A stretch of 53,753 nucleotides of DNA from Chlorokybus atmophyticus. Its lineage: Eukaryota; Plantae; Mesostigma and Chlorokybus algae. How positions within the stretch are numbered: the first letter of the stretch is position 1; each line of letters starts with the position of its first letter. Shown here piece after piece: positions 28,466 to 40,415 of this stretch. Position numbers and translations under genes: made by a program. The notes under the pieces are model-generated. The model made no database searches and had not been told where the DNA came from. It was given only the letters and a program-made list of their open reading frames with translations. The stretch lies in assembly GCA_009103225.1 (NCBI GenBank), contig RHPI01002438.1:633790-687542 (forward strand), read 5' to 3'.

Positions 28466-31400
28466 TTAACAGCTTCTTCCTCCTCCTCCTCCGCCTCAGC
28501 CGCATCCGCCTCAGCCGCAACCGCAGCAACTCCCGCAGTCTCCATTGGTGGTGGTCAACACGACATACGGCACGTATGTACTGAAGTTGGGACTGGAGGT
28601 GCTGCACGGCATTGCCGTTGCTCCTGCATAAGGCGGAGGACTTCTCCCCGCACCCGCAGCAGCAAGAAACACCTGATGCACACAGTGTGTATGTCACACT
28701 TGCCTGTCGTGCATGCATGGGTTTGGCCCAAGTTGAGATACAAACTCAAATAACGACCACCTTGAGTGAAGTATAGTTCTCTCTCATGCGTGAGTGTGTG
28801 CGCGTGCGTGGCTGTGTGCGTGAGTGCGTGAGTGCATGCGGGTGTGGGTGCCTGCAGGTACCTGCAGGTACCTGTGTGTCTACGAGAATTGGTATGGTGC
28901 TGTTGCTCACCTGCTCTCCATGTCGCGGGCTTGAGCTCTTGGTTTGCTGCTGTTTTGTGAACGTCTCGGGTGCGGTGACCTCCGAGGCATCATCAGGTCC
29001 TGATAAGGCAGATGTAATCATCTCATGTTGTATGCCGTTCCGTCAGCTCCTTTGTCACTGCCACCCGCCGTCAGATGAGGCGCAGCACGCCCGCAGCGAA
29101 TGGCAACGCCACCAGCTCTGGAACTGCATCAACAGCAGATAGCAGACTATATATCTCAGCAACATGATGTCGTGCATTTCTGCTACAGTTTCTTTCACCC
29201 CTCACCTGCATTGCAATCTATGATGTTCAAGTGTCCCGATGCTAAGTCGATACAGATGTGATTGGGGATGTGTATTGCTGAGGTGACGTGCTGCGGCTTG
29301 AGCAAGACTTCAGCTTCTGAACCTGCCTGTGGACACGTGCTAGCTCAAGGCTTTTGCTCGACCATGACGCAGGCATGCAGCATGCATGCATCCACCGCAG
29401 ACCAACTTTGTTTTATCTGATTTCAGTACGCCAAACCTTGTGCAGACGAAACGCCTGCAGTTCAAATGCCCCTGGGCTGCCTGGTATGCCTGGATTGCCG
29501 GTTATCCCGGGTCTTCGCAATGTACCCGCCTGCGGAACACCTGCAACACACGCACACGCCAGTGAGCGACAAACACGTACACACTCCAAGTTGAATGCTG
29601 CCGTCCCTGTACTGCATGTTCGACTCTGCCCTAGCAAATATAGTACGTGCGTGCGTGCATGCGTGCGGGTACACGTGTATGTGTACACATGTACATGCGT
29701 ACTTACCCTTGTGTTTGCCAACCCACATGCCTTTGCACACACCCCAGTCGCCACCGCGGCCGCGTATGATCACTGCGCGCTCGCCGTTTGCATCATCCAG
29801 CGTGACAGTGATCAAACCTGCATCCACTTGCTGCGGTGTTGGGAGCTCGTACGGCCCGCTTATGTGCGCTGTGGCCTCAACTTCGTGCGACTTAACGTTT
29901 GTCACAATCACGCAAGCCCTTGGAGCATGCAGCGGTGGCGTGGGACAGCTCCCTATTGTTGTGCTTGCGTCATATGACACCTGCAGTGGAAGAGCCCTGC
30001 CTGTGTGTATGCGAGCGCACAACCACAATTGTGTGCGTGCATGCATGCCTGCAAGCGCACACACATGCGCACTTGTGTGTATGCATGCACTGTCAGCTGT
30101 ACACAGATTGGGCACAACCAACAATCATTGCGACAAATGCTGGGTGCTACCTGCACAGTGAAGAGCTCCTTGCCATAAAAATCGCACACGATGTGTGTGG
30201 CTGCATGGCCGCTCATAGGTTTTGCCACTGCGAGCTGTCCACATGGCATGCTTACCGCTTGGGCGCTGTCCCGCTTCACCTGCCATGCATTGTATAGATG
30301 GCAAAGCCGTCACAACAACTGCCATCTGCAGTTCATGTATGTTGCCACCAGAGGGGTGCGTGTGTACCGCAAAGATGTCTTGAAGATTGCAGGGCGCGAA
30401 CTCTCCAGTCACTATTTTCAACAGCAAGCCGCAGGGTGTGCCCTGAAAGTTTCTAGAAGCGTTGTCTGCGCACAACACAACACGCGTGTTATAGCTAGCA
30501 ATTCACATTGATTGCTGCAATTGACAACAACGGCAACAGCAGTAACACTTGTACCTGAGGTTGCGATTGCTGACTTCAAGTCAGGTGATATATTACTACC
30601 CATTTCTGGAGCAACCGTCACGCGATACTCCCCAGTGCTCGTGCTAACAGCCATCCGATGTGGCCACGCAGCATTACCACTCAGCAAGTCATGAACAGAT
30701 ACTGAAGGGAGCTTTATGTGTGTCCCGAAGCTCACATGCATGGTGTCGTGCAGGCCCGTGTGCAAGAGCGTGTTAACCATAAACCTCCACTTGACGGTTT
30801 TGCCCCACCTTCTGAACCCAATACACTTGATGCCGTGCATGCTCTCAACCCAGGCAGGAACAGCGGGTATGAGCAAGTTGTTGCGTGGCTCAATTGTGTG
30901 CGCTGCAGACGAGAACGCAAGATAACATTTCAAGCCGGCCCATTGGAAAGCAGGCTTCTTCACGGTGACAGTAATTGCAGAGACGGCAGCGGCATTGTCT
31001 GCAACGGCAAGCATGAGCATGCGCGTGAGCCACTGCTCAAACTGGTATACATGCATGCGCGTGTTTCACACCAATCAACCTTGGGTGTATTGTGTTCTGG
31101 AGCCATTGCTGCCAATTGTTGTGGCATGGTTGCCCCGCCGCATGCACCCATTTGCTTCATACACATCCGTAAACCATTCGGTCCACAGCTTGCGTGCAGC
31201 CTGTTTGTGGACACAGAGAGGGGTTGCACCTAAGCAGCGCGTATGCGTGTGGTACACACAGTTGACACTCATATTGACGTGCAAGCTAAGGAGAGAACTC
31301 AGTGCTTACTGTGGACGCATGGCTGAGTTGGGACCCTGGAGTCCTGTCATTGACGGTGTCGTCGTGCTTGAATACCTTGCCAGCCCACTTTGTGGTCTCA

Positions 31401-32928
31401 AGGGTGTAACGTACCGGGTGCATCATGTGCGCGTGCCACACCAAATCGATGTCGAACAATGGTGCCATACACACATCCGGATTCCTTGCGAGTAAGTAAC
31501 AAAATTGCCGGTACCGCTTCTCTGCAGCGGGCAAGAACACTCGCGTGTCCCCATAGTGTGGAAGTGCCACCTGCACAAGTATATAAGGTGGATCATACCA
31601 GACCAGCAGGCTTAAGCAGGCGTGCATGTTGCAACAGATGCAAACGCCTGTATGCTTTGTACTTGTCGGTCATGACGGATCAAGAATGTACACATGCACA
31701 CACAACACTACGATCATTATTGTGTGTCCAGCAGGCTTAAGCAGGCGTGCATGTTGCAACACATGCATGCAAACGCCTGTATGCTTTGTAATTAACGGTC
31801 ATGACGGTTAAAGAGTGTACACATGCACACACAACACAATGAGCATTGTTGTGTGTGCATGCGTACATTACCAGCATGCACACACCATGCACGCTCGTAC
31901 ATTGCACATGCAAGTATGCCAACGCATGCGCTCGTGCCTGCAAGCACCCACTCACGACCAAGCACACTCACCTGGTAGATGAATACAGCTTGGCGCAATG
32001 CCGCCGCCTTGATGTCATACTTGAACTGCGACATGAAATTCGCCGCAGCAATGCTTGCATCCAACCCGTCAGGCAGTAGTTCAAAGGGCACGCTGGGGTA
32101 ACGTTCCTCCCAGGCAATGCGCGCACGCTGCTGCGCATGCAGGCGCTCCCCTACGTCGAGCAGCGCATGGTCCAGCACTCTGCCGAACACATGCTGCATG
32201 TCGGAGGCGTATGTTGTTGGCGACAGCATGTGGCATTGCCACACCCATTGCACGTCCAGTGGAGGGGCAATGGTTGTGAGCTTGTCGGAGCCGCCTGCAG
32301 GACAATCGCTGTTGGGCGTAGTCAACAATACCAACAGCAGCAGCAGCACCAACCCTGCCAGCGAAGACTGCAACCACCACAACAGCAACGACGACGACTT
32401 GAGCAACAACAGTAACAACAACAATTATAGCAGCAACAGACACTGCAATTACTAGCAGTGCTCACTACTCACTACTGCTGGGTAATGAGCGAGGCTGCAC
32501 TCACTTGCCAAAAGAGGCAGCCAGCAGGCTTCATAGCGGTGCAAAGCTGCAATCAGCTCGGGGCCATCTTCCAACAGATTCGGCCGGGTCAATGCAACCT
32601 GAGGGCAAGCGGCACGTGTGAACGGCAAAGAGCATTGAGTGTTGAACACAACTTAGCACAATTCAGCAAGAGCTCAATTGCGTGCTATGTTACAAGTTTG
32701 CAAGCAGCTGCAAACGGAACGCACTTCAAGCAGCTGGTGCCTGAGCCTGGCTGCGGCGGCGGTCAAGTCCAGAGAAAACTGCGCGCATGCCAGGTAAAGA
32801 AAAGCTTAAACTTGAGCACAGCGCATCCAGAACTGGGCAAAAAGCCCCATGCAAAGCTGTGCGGTGTGCAGGCGCAACGTGCGTACCCATATTCTGGTGA
32901 ACCTGGAGGTTGGCTGACGGAGAGGCAT
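28466..32928 (-). pseudogene. GRDP/DUF1399-like gene, copy A: C-terminally truncated allele or incipient pseudogene
   Basis: Same 15-exon layout as copies B and C (MPLRQPTSRF; RYEACWLPLLA; PPLDVQWVWQCHMLSP; FDIDLVWHAHMMHP; HDDTVNDR). It is intact through exon 12. After that it has TCA>TGA at 29071-29073, no matching donor after exon 13, an out-of-phase exon 14, and two TGAs in the Gly tail (28511-28513, 28496-28498) before the ancestral TAA at 28466-28468. Confidence 0.8.
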
Positions 32929-33340
32929 CGTCCGGGCTGGCCTGGCCTGGCTTGGCCTGGCCCGACCACCTCGGCTGCAACTACAGCGCTACAGCTGACG
33001 ATATGCCGTGCGGCGCAAAGCAGAAGGCAATCAATGACTCCGGCGACAACAGGTTTCTGTTGTATACATTTGCACTGCCGCTTCTTGGCGTGTTGCAAAC
33101 AGGTTTCGGCCTCGCTGCACTGCTCAGCCGTGCATGTGGGCATGCGCTGAAAACTGCATGTATCGGCGGCTGCCGATCGAAATCGCGATATTCTACAATT
33201 CCTTCCTGACAGGAACTGCACTTATCAAATGTACCCTGATACCCCCCGTGCATGGGACATAACGGGGCATGTACGGGCCTCAAAGCAGGGCGGGTTCCCA
33301 AACTGCTGGGCAAAAGCTGCCATACCCTATTTTTTTGGGG

Positions 33341-33513
33341 NNNNNNNNNNNNNNNNNNNNNNNNNNNNNNNNNNNNNNNNNNNNNNNNNNNNNNNNNNNN
33401 NNNNNNNNNNNNNNNNNNNNNNNNNNNNNNNNNNNNNNNNNNNNNNNNNNNNNNNNNNNNNNNNNNNNNNNNNNNNNNNNNNNNNNNNNNNNNNNNNNNN
33501 NNNNNNNNNNNNN
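33341..33513. other. Assembly gap (173 N) flanked by G runs
   Basis: Directly visible. Confidence 1.
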
Positions 33514-35780
33514 GGGGGGGGTCCGGGCTTGATGGGGGGACATGAAAATCGGCCAGTTCCGGCACTGTGGTTAGGGCTGGGTATGAACCTTGGTATGGGC
33601 ACATACGAATGAACAAAAAACATAACCAAGAACAATAATTTATTTTTTTTAATAACAACATTTCGTTCATTTTTTATGTTCAGTCTCCAATTTGCATCAT
33701 GACATGAACGAACTTGCAACAATAAACATTATATATAAACATTATTTTAAACAAATCTGAGAAACATTATTGAGATATTGAACAATCATAATGTTCTGAT
33801 AAATGTAAAAACATAAAACGCTATATACCTTTGTAGTATACTTTTGCACATGCATACGCGTGTAGTTTGTAGAGATTTTGTAATACTTAATGCTAACATT
33901 TTATACGTTAATCGCTACCAATAGTAATTCATATAATATATACATAACAATATTAGTATCCAGCACATTTGTGCTGCTATGTGCTTGTTCGTTATTACTT
34001 TTGGTATATAGCCCGAACTAATAAAGAACGTTCTTTTTGGGCGGATTTTATTTAATACGGCTGTTTAGTAGCTAAGAAGAAACAAAAAACGTTTTACGTT
34101 CATGTTATGTCCAGGAACATAATTGCGCAAACCCAGTTGTAACTGTGGCCCAATGGGGAGCAATACCCACCCTTGCCCCATGGCATGGCATGGCATGATG
34201 GGAGATTGTCGAGGTGACACAATCAACGTTGATAGCAGACGGTCTGCTCCGAGCCGGGTTGCACAATCCCCCTATCTTTGAAACGCTTTTAATCATCACA
34301 AGAAAATATTGCCATAACTGTAGCTACACTATAGTGTACCAATACAAAATAATTATTATTCAATGTAATAGTATTTAACTTACTTTACTTCGCTTGAACA
34401 ATAAATGAAACTTCGCATCAGCTGAATATAACATCAGGCTACAATCTGTTTTGCTTCTCTTGTGATCTTTTGGTCAAGCCTTGTCGGCTTGCGATAAGCC
34501 GAAACAGAATCTGATAGCGTAAATTCTATTACCGTTTCCACACCAGCCTCGCTAAGAGATTGGTTGTAGCATAATCATTCCGTGTGAAGTATGACAAAAC
34601 TCTATAAAGGGAATGTAGATGTTAAAATGATAAAAATGCTTAATTGCAGCGTTACTTAAATTTTATACGTTTAATAGACAATTTACAAATGCACACTTGG
34701 GCTAAGTGAGCAAATGGAATGATAGGGGAAGTAGGGTGCGATGGAATAAGGCATAATGGCTTTTGCGGTTGTAGAGAGTGATGGGTATGACTTGTAATGG
34801 GCGTAATCGTTAAACTCGCGTCAACATTATATTTATTATAGATGTCAGCCATTTGTACATATCGTTATAACTCTAGTGGAAAGTGGCCCACTCCCCACTA
34901 GAGTTATAATTATAAGTAGTCATAAGTAGGCTCTACTAACAAAGGATGAGTAGCCCCTACTCACCCTCTGTGATTGGCTATAGTGACGGCGCTATGGGGC
35001 TAATGCAGGGTGGGTCCCTAATGCACATGTGCTGTGTCTATGTGCTTGCATTCATGTAATCAATCGATTAATGATATAATGTGATCATCATATACTCAGT
35101 GCACATCTTGAAATTGCGAATGCAAGCTGCCATATACCACTTATTGGCCATGTTGTTTTTCAGCCAATTTCATCCATCACTACGTACTTCTGCTCTTGAC
35201 AATAAAGAGCACATTTGAAAGCACATTATGCTCTTAGGTGTTAAGAGCATATCCACGTTAGAAGCGTACGATGGTGGAGGATAATAGTATGCTCTTAGCA
35301 AGGGCAGACTGTATCCGTCGAATAGTATGTTCCTCAATCAACGAGCGTCGGACCAGTGGTACGGTATTGCTAAGACAATGCCGCATTGCTCAGCCGTAGG
35401 GATGCTGAGGTGCTCAGGCTGATTCTCAGCGCTCATGCACATCCGGAAGGGGCCTCTGCTGGTGGTCCGATTCTTCAAGCCAACGGCCACGATGTTTTGT
35501 TCACCGTCCCCCACTGTCCGCTATTCGATAGTTAGGCAGGGGCTGATATCCACTGTCCGGCCTGACTTGACGGACATCATCATGCATGTTCCACCGGCAG
35601 GTATGATCCTTGTCAAAGGCCGACGCCTCTTTGCAATCCGCCAAAAACCATTAAGGCTATGCTGCATACCACAGGAGACATGTTGTTGCCGGAGTAACGC
35701 TTGCTTGCTGCTTTGTGCCAGCTGTAGTTGCTGCCGAGGGGACCGGGCCAGGCCAGGCCAGGCTAGAGCCAGGCCGGACC

Positions 35781-38700
35781 ATGCCCCTCCGCCAGCCGGA
35801 CTCCAGGTTTGACAGTATATGGGTACGTCAGTTGCACCTACACCTTCGCGTGCTGCTTGTGTATGACTTCTTCTTGCGCTGTACTCAGTCTTCTCTGTAC
35901 CTGGCATGCGTGCAGTCTTCTGTGGACTTGATCACCGCGGCAGCCAGGCTCAGACATCAGCTGCTTGATGTGCGTTCCTGTTGCAACTGCTGCTGCTTGC
36001 AAGCTTGTAACATAGCTTCCACTTGAACTCTTGCTTAATTGTGCTTAGTAGTGGCAACACTCGATGCTGTTGTTGCCGTTCACACATGCCGCTTGCCCTT
36101 AGGTTGCATTGACCCTGCCGAGTCTGTTGGAAGATGGGCTCGAGCTGACTGCAGCTTTGCACCGGTATGAAGCCTACTGGCTGCCTCTTTTAGCAAGTGA
36201 GTTGCAGCCTGGCTCACTACCCAGCAGCACTGCTGCTGCTGCATGTGTGTTGATGTTGTTGTTGTTTTGGCTGTCGTTATTGCTGTTTGTCAAGTTGCAG
36301 TGGTGGTAGTTATTGCTGGTGCGGTTGTTACTGCTGCTGCAGCAGTGACTGCTGTTGCAGCAGTGACTGCTGTTGCAGCAGTGACTGCTGTCGGTTGGAA
36401 TTTTGGTGTTGGTGTTGTCTACGGCGTAGATAACAACTTAACAAATTGCTGTTGGGTGACAGCAACAGCAATTGATCTGCAGGCGTCTCTACAAAGCCCA
36501 CAACCATTGCCCCACCAGTGGACGTGCAATGGGTGTGGCAATGCCACATGCTGTCGCCGACAATCTACGTCTCCGATATGCAGCATGCATTCAACAGAGT
36601 GCTGGACCACGCGCTGCTTGAGGGCGGGGAGCGTCTGCATGCGCAGCAGCGTGGGCGCGCTGCCTGGGAGAATCGCTACCCCGGCGTGCCATTCGAACAG
36701 CAGCTTGATGGGTCAAATGCAAGCAGTGTCGCGGCAAAGTTTGTGTCGCAGTTTAAGTATGACATCAAGGCGGCGGCATTACGCCAAGCTGTGTTCATCT
36801 ACCAGGTGCGTGTGCTTGGTTGTGAGTAGGTGCATGCGCGCTTGCATGTGTGTATGAACGCGCACGCATGCATGCGTACACATGTGTGTGGGTATGTATT
36901 CGTGCGTGCATGTGCAAGCGTGGACGCATGCGCACACGTAACAAGGGCCGGCGTTCACGCGAAATGCACGCAAAGCATACAGTCGTTTGCGTGCAAGTAA
37001 TGCAACTTGCAGGCTTTTGGGAGCCTGCTGAGCTTGCAAGGTATGGTTTGCCTGTGCTTGTGCAGGTGGCGCTTCCGCACTATGCGGACACGCAAGTGTT
37101 CTTGCCCGCAGCAGTGCAGCGGTATCGGCAGTTCTGCTACTTGCACGCAATGAATCCGAATGCATGTCTGGCACCGTCGTACGACATTGACTTGGTGTGG
37201 CACGCACACATGCTGCACCCAGTACTGTACACCCTCGAGACGGCAAAGTGGGCCGGCAAGGTGTTCAAGCATGACGACACCCTCAACGACCGCACTCCTG
37301 GGTCCCAACTCAGCCATGCCGCCACAGTAAGCACTCTGGTCTCTCCTCGGCTTACACATCGTTGAGTGTTGACAATGTGCATATTTTGTGCGCAACCCCT
37401 GTCTGTGTCCAAATGCAGGCTGCACGCAAGCTGTGGGCCGAGTGGTTTACGGATGTGTACGAAGCAAACGGGAGCATGCTGCGGGGCAACCCTGCCACAA
37501 CGATCGGCAGCAACGGCCCCAGAAAACAATATACCCAAGGTTAGTTGGTATGAATGGGGGCACATACATGCGTGCACAATGGAACACATACACGTGCACG
37601 CATGTGTGCCATCGTGAAAAGTGGCTCGTGCGCATGCTCATGCTTGATATGGCAGACCTCGTTGCAGCCGTCTCTGCAATTGCTGTCACCGTGGAGAAGC
37701 CTGCATTCCAATGGACTGGCTTGAAGTGCCGTCTTGCGCTCCCGTCCACAACGCACCAATACAACCCACGCAACCACAAAATACTCACACCCGCTGTTCC
37801 CGACTGGGTTGAGAGCATGGGTAGCGTGAATCGCGTCGGCTGGAGGAAGTGGGGCAAAACCGTTAAGTGGACGTTCGTGATCAATACGCTCTTGCACACG
37901 GGTCTGCACAACGCCATGCATGTGAGCTTCGGGACGCACGTGAGGCTCCCGTCGCTGTCTGTTCGTGACTTGCTGAGCGGTGCGGCTGCGTGGCCATATC
38001 GGATGGCTGTGAGCACGAGCGCTGGCGAGTATCGCGTGACTGCTGCTCCATCAATGGGTGATAAGACAGCACTCGCAACCTCAGGTTTGTCAATAATGTT
38101 GTTACCGTTGTTGTCGGTGTTATCGGTTGCAGCCATGAACGTGCGAGTTGGACTGCTACAACACACGTGTTGTGTTGTGCGCAGACAATGCTACTGGGAA
38201 CCTTCAGGGCACATCCTGCGGCTTGCTGTTGAAAGTGAGGACTGGGGAGTTTGCGCCCTGCAACCTTCAAGACATCTTTGCGGTGCGCTCACCCCTCTCA
38301 TGATACAATACACAACTTACAGCTTCCATGTTGTGCAGTTGGCAAATTTGTTGTGACAGCTTTGCCATCCAACATGTGCATGGCAGGTGAAGCAGAACAG
38401 CGCTCAAACGGTGACCATGCCATGTGGGCAGCTCGCACTGGCAACGCCTACCAGCGGACATGCAGCCACACACTTCGTGTGCGATTTTCAGGGCAAGAAG
38501 CTCTTCATTGTGCAGGTAAGAAGACGCACTCTGTTGCTTATAACACCGTTATGCACACTTTGTATACAACCAGCATTGATGCCTACACGCACACGTGCGC
38601 GCATGTGCGTGTGTGCGCTTGCGGGCACACAGGCACGCACACACATACAAACACAAGCAGACAAACACAATTGCGTGAGCATACACACAAGCACAGGACT

Positions 38701-40415
38701 CCTCCGTCAATGCAGGTGTCATATGACGCGAGCACGACGATGGGTTGCTGCCCTGCGCCACCGCTGCATGGTCCAAGGGCTTGCGTCATTGTGAAAAGTG
38801 TCAAGTCACGCGAAGTCGAGGCCACGGCGCACATGAGCGGGCCTTACGAGCTCCCCACGCCGCAGCAAGTGGATGCAAACTTGGTTACTGTCACACTGGA
38901 TGAAGCAAACGGCGAGCGCGCTATGATCATACGCGGCCGCGGTGGCGACTGGGGCGTGTGCAAAGCCACATGGGTCGGCAAACAGAGGGGTAAGTGTACA
39001 TGTACACATGCATGCACGTACACGTGTACACACACGCATACGCACACAACCATGCACGATTTGTCGTCCAATTAGAGCAGTTCAACATGTATCACAGAAA
39101 TGGCAGCACGTGAATGTAAGTGCTTGCTCACCAGCATGTGTGTGTGCCAGGTGTTCCGGGCACGAGACACCCGCGACCCGGGGTACCCGGCAAGCCAGGC
39201 ATACCAGGGTCATTCCAACTGCAAGCGTTTCGTCTGCAAAAGGTTTGATTTGGTAGATCCATATTAACGTCGATCTACGGTTGATGGTGCATGCTGCATG
39301 CCTGCATTGTGGTTGAGCATGAACCTTACGGGCACATGTCCAGGCAGGTTCAGAAGCTGAAGTCCTGCTCAAGCCGCAGCACTTTGCCTCAGCAATTGAC
39401 ATTCCCAATTGCATCCGTATCGACTTGGCATTGGGACACTTGAACATTGCAGATTGCGATGCTGGTGTGAGACGAAAGAAGCTTTTGCATACTAGCACAC
39501 AACACCATTTTGCTGGTATATGAATATGCTGTCTATTGCCCATGCAGTTCCCGAGTTGGTTGCATTCGCATTTGGCGTGGGCGTGCTGCGCCTCATCTCA
39601 GCGCGTGTTGCGGTGGCAAAGGAGCTAAACCTGCAGGAAATCGTGAGCAAACCCAATTATCGTGTGTCGGTTCTGCACCCCAGAGAAGTTGTTCTAACTG
39701 CTGACACTCAACCTCCTTGGAGCATGACCCAAGTCTGATGAGGTTGTGTCTTCAGGAGGAGTATCGGCAGAACGTGCGGAAGCAGCAGCCGCATCGCAGG
39801 AAACGTCCCCTGGATACTCGCGACATGGAGAAGAAACAGGTGTGAGCAAGAGCATGTTGCCATTGCGCACATACACACACGCACATGTACCTGCACATAC
39901 CCATGCGCATGCACTAGCACCCGCCCACCCACACACACACACACATCCACTGCACACAGCCATGAAAGCGCAGACACGCCCACACGCACATGAGAGGGAA
40001 CGGAACGTCACCCAGCGTAACCATTATCTGAGTGTGCATCTCCGGTTGTGACAACACTGCGCATCCGCGCATGCGCAATGTACATGTGTGACATACAAGC
40101 TGTGTGTATCAGGTATTTCTTGCTGCCGTGGGTGCGGGAAGGAAACCTGCACCTTATGCGAAAGCAACAGCAATGCCGTACAGCGCCTCCAGTTCCAACT
40201 CCAGTTCATACATGCCGTACATCGTGTTGGCCACCGTCAACGGAGACTACAGTTGTGGTGGTGGTTGCGGCGGAGGTGGATGTGGAGGAGGTGGAGGCGG
40301 ATGCGGTGGAGGTGCATATGGAGGTGGAGGAGGCGGATGTGGAGGTGGTGGAGGTGGAGGGGGATGTGGAGGTGGAGGAGGAGGGGGATGTGGAGGAGGA
40401 GGGGGAAGCTGTTAG
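35781..40415 (+). CDS. Glycine-rich domain-containing protein (GRDP/DUF1399-like), copy B, 15 coding exons, apparently intact
   Basis: Hand splicing gives one open frame: MPLRQPDSRF...SVDLITAAARL...RYEAYWLPLLA...PPVDVQWVWQCHMLSP...AALRQAVFIYQV...RYRQFCYL...APSYDIDLVWHAHMLHP...HDDTLNDRTPGSQL...KLWAEWFTDVYEANGSM..., ending in a (GGGC)n Gly/Cys tail and GSC-stop. These motifs match the plant GRDP1/2 family. Confidence 0.88.

Noticed and set aside
28496-28513. Two in-frame TGA codons in the Cys/Gly tail of GRDP copy A suggested selenocysteine recoding or a reassigned genetic code
   Set aside because: They align to Gly (GGA) positions rather than Cys in copies B and C, and both come from one duplicated 15-mer. 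An upstream nonsense change and a frameshift already cut off this exon. TGA is the normal stop of eIF3g, CTPS, eIF3c and aldolase in this window. A SECIS search would close the question fully.
34914-34922. AGTAGT next to the hairpin, like a Polinton/Maverick terminus
   Set aside because: No long terminal inverted repeat and no polymerase, integrase or capsid ORF nearby; a 6-mer match is expected by chance.
36150-36480. Long open frames over the CAG/CAA-rich intron 3 of each GRDP copy, possibly a coding insertion
   Set aside because: Removing it with a GTGAGT donor and a TGCAG acceptor restores the frame identically in all three copies; the sequence is a degenerate microsatellite that differs between copies.
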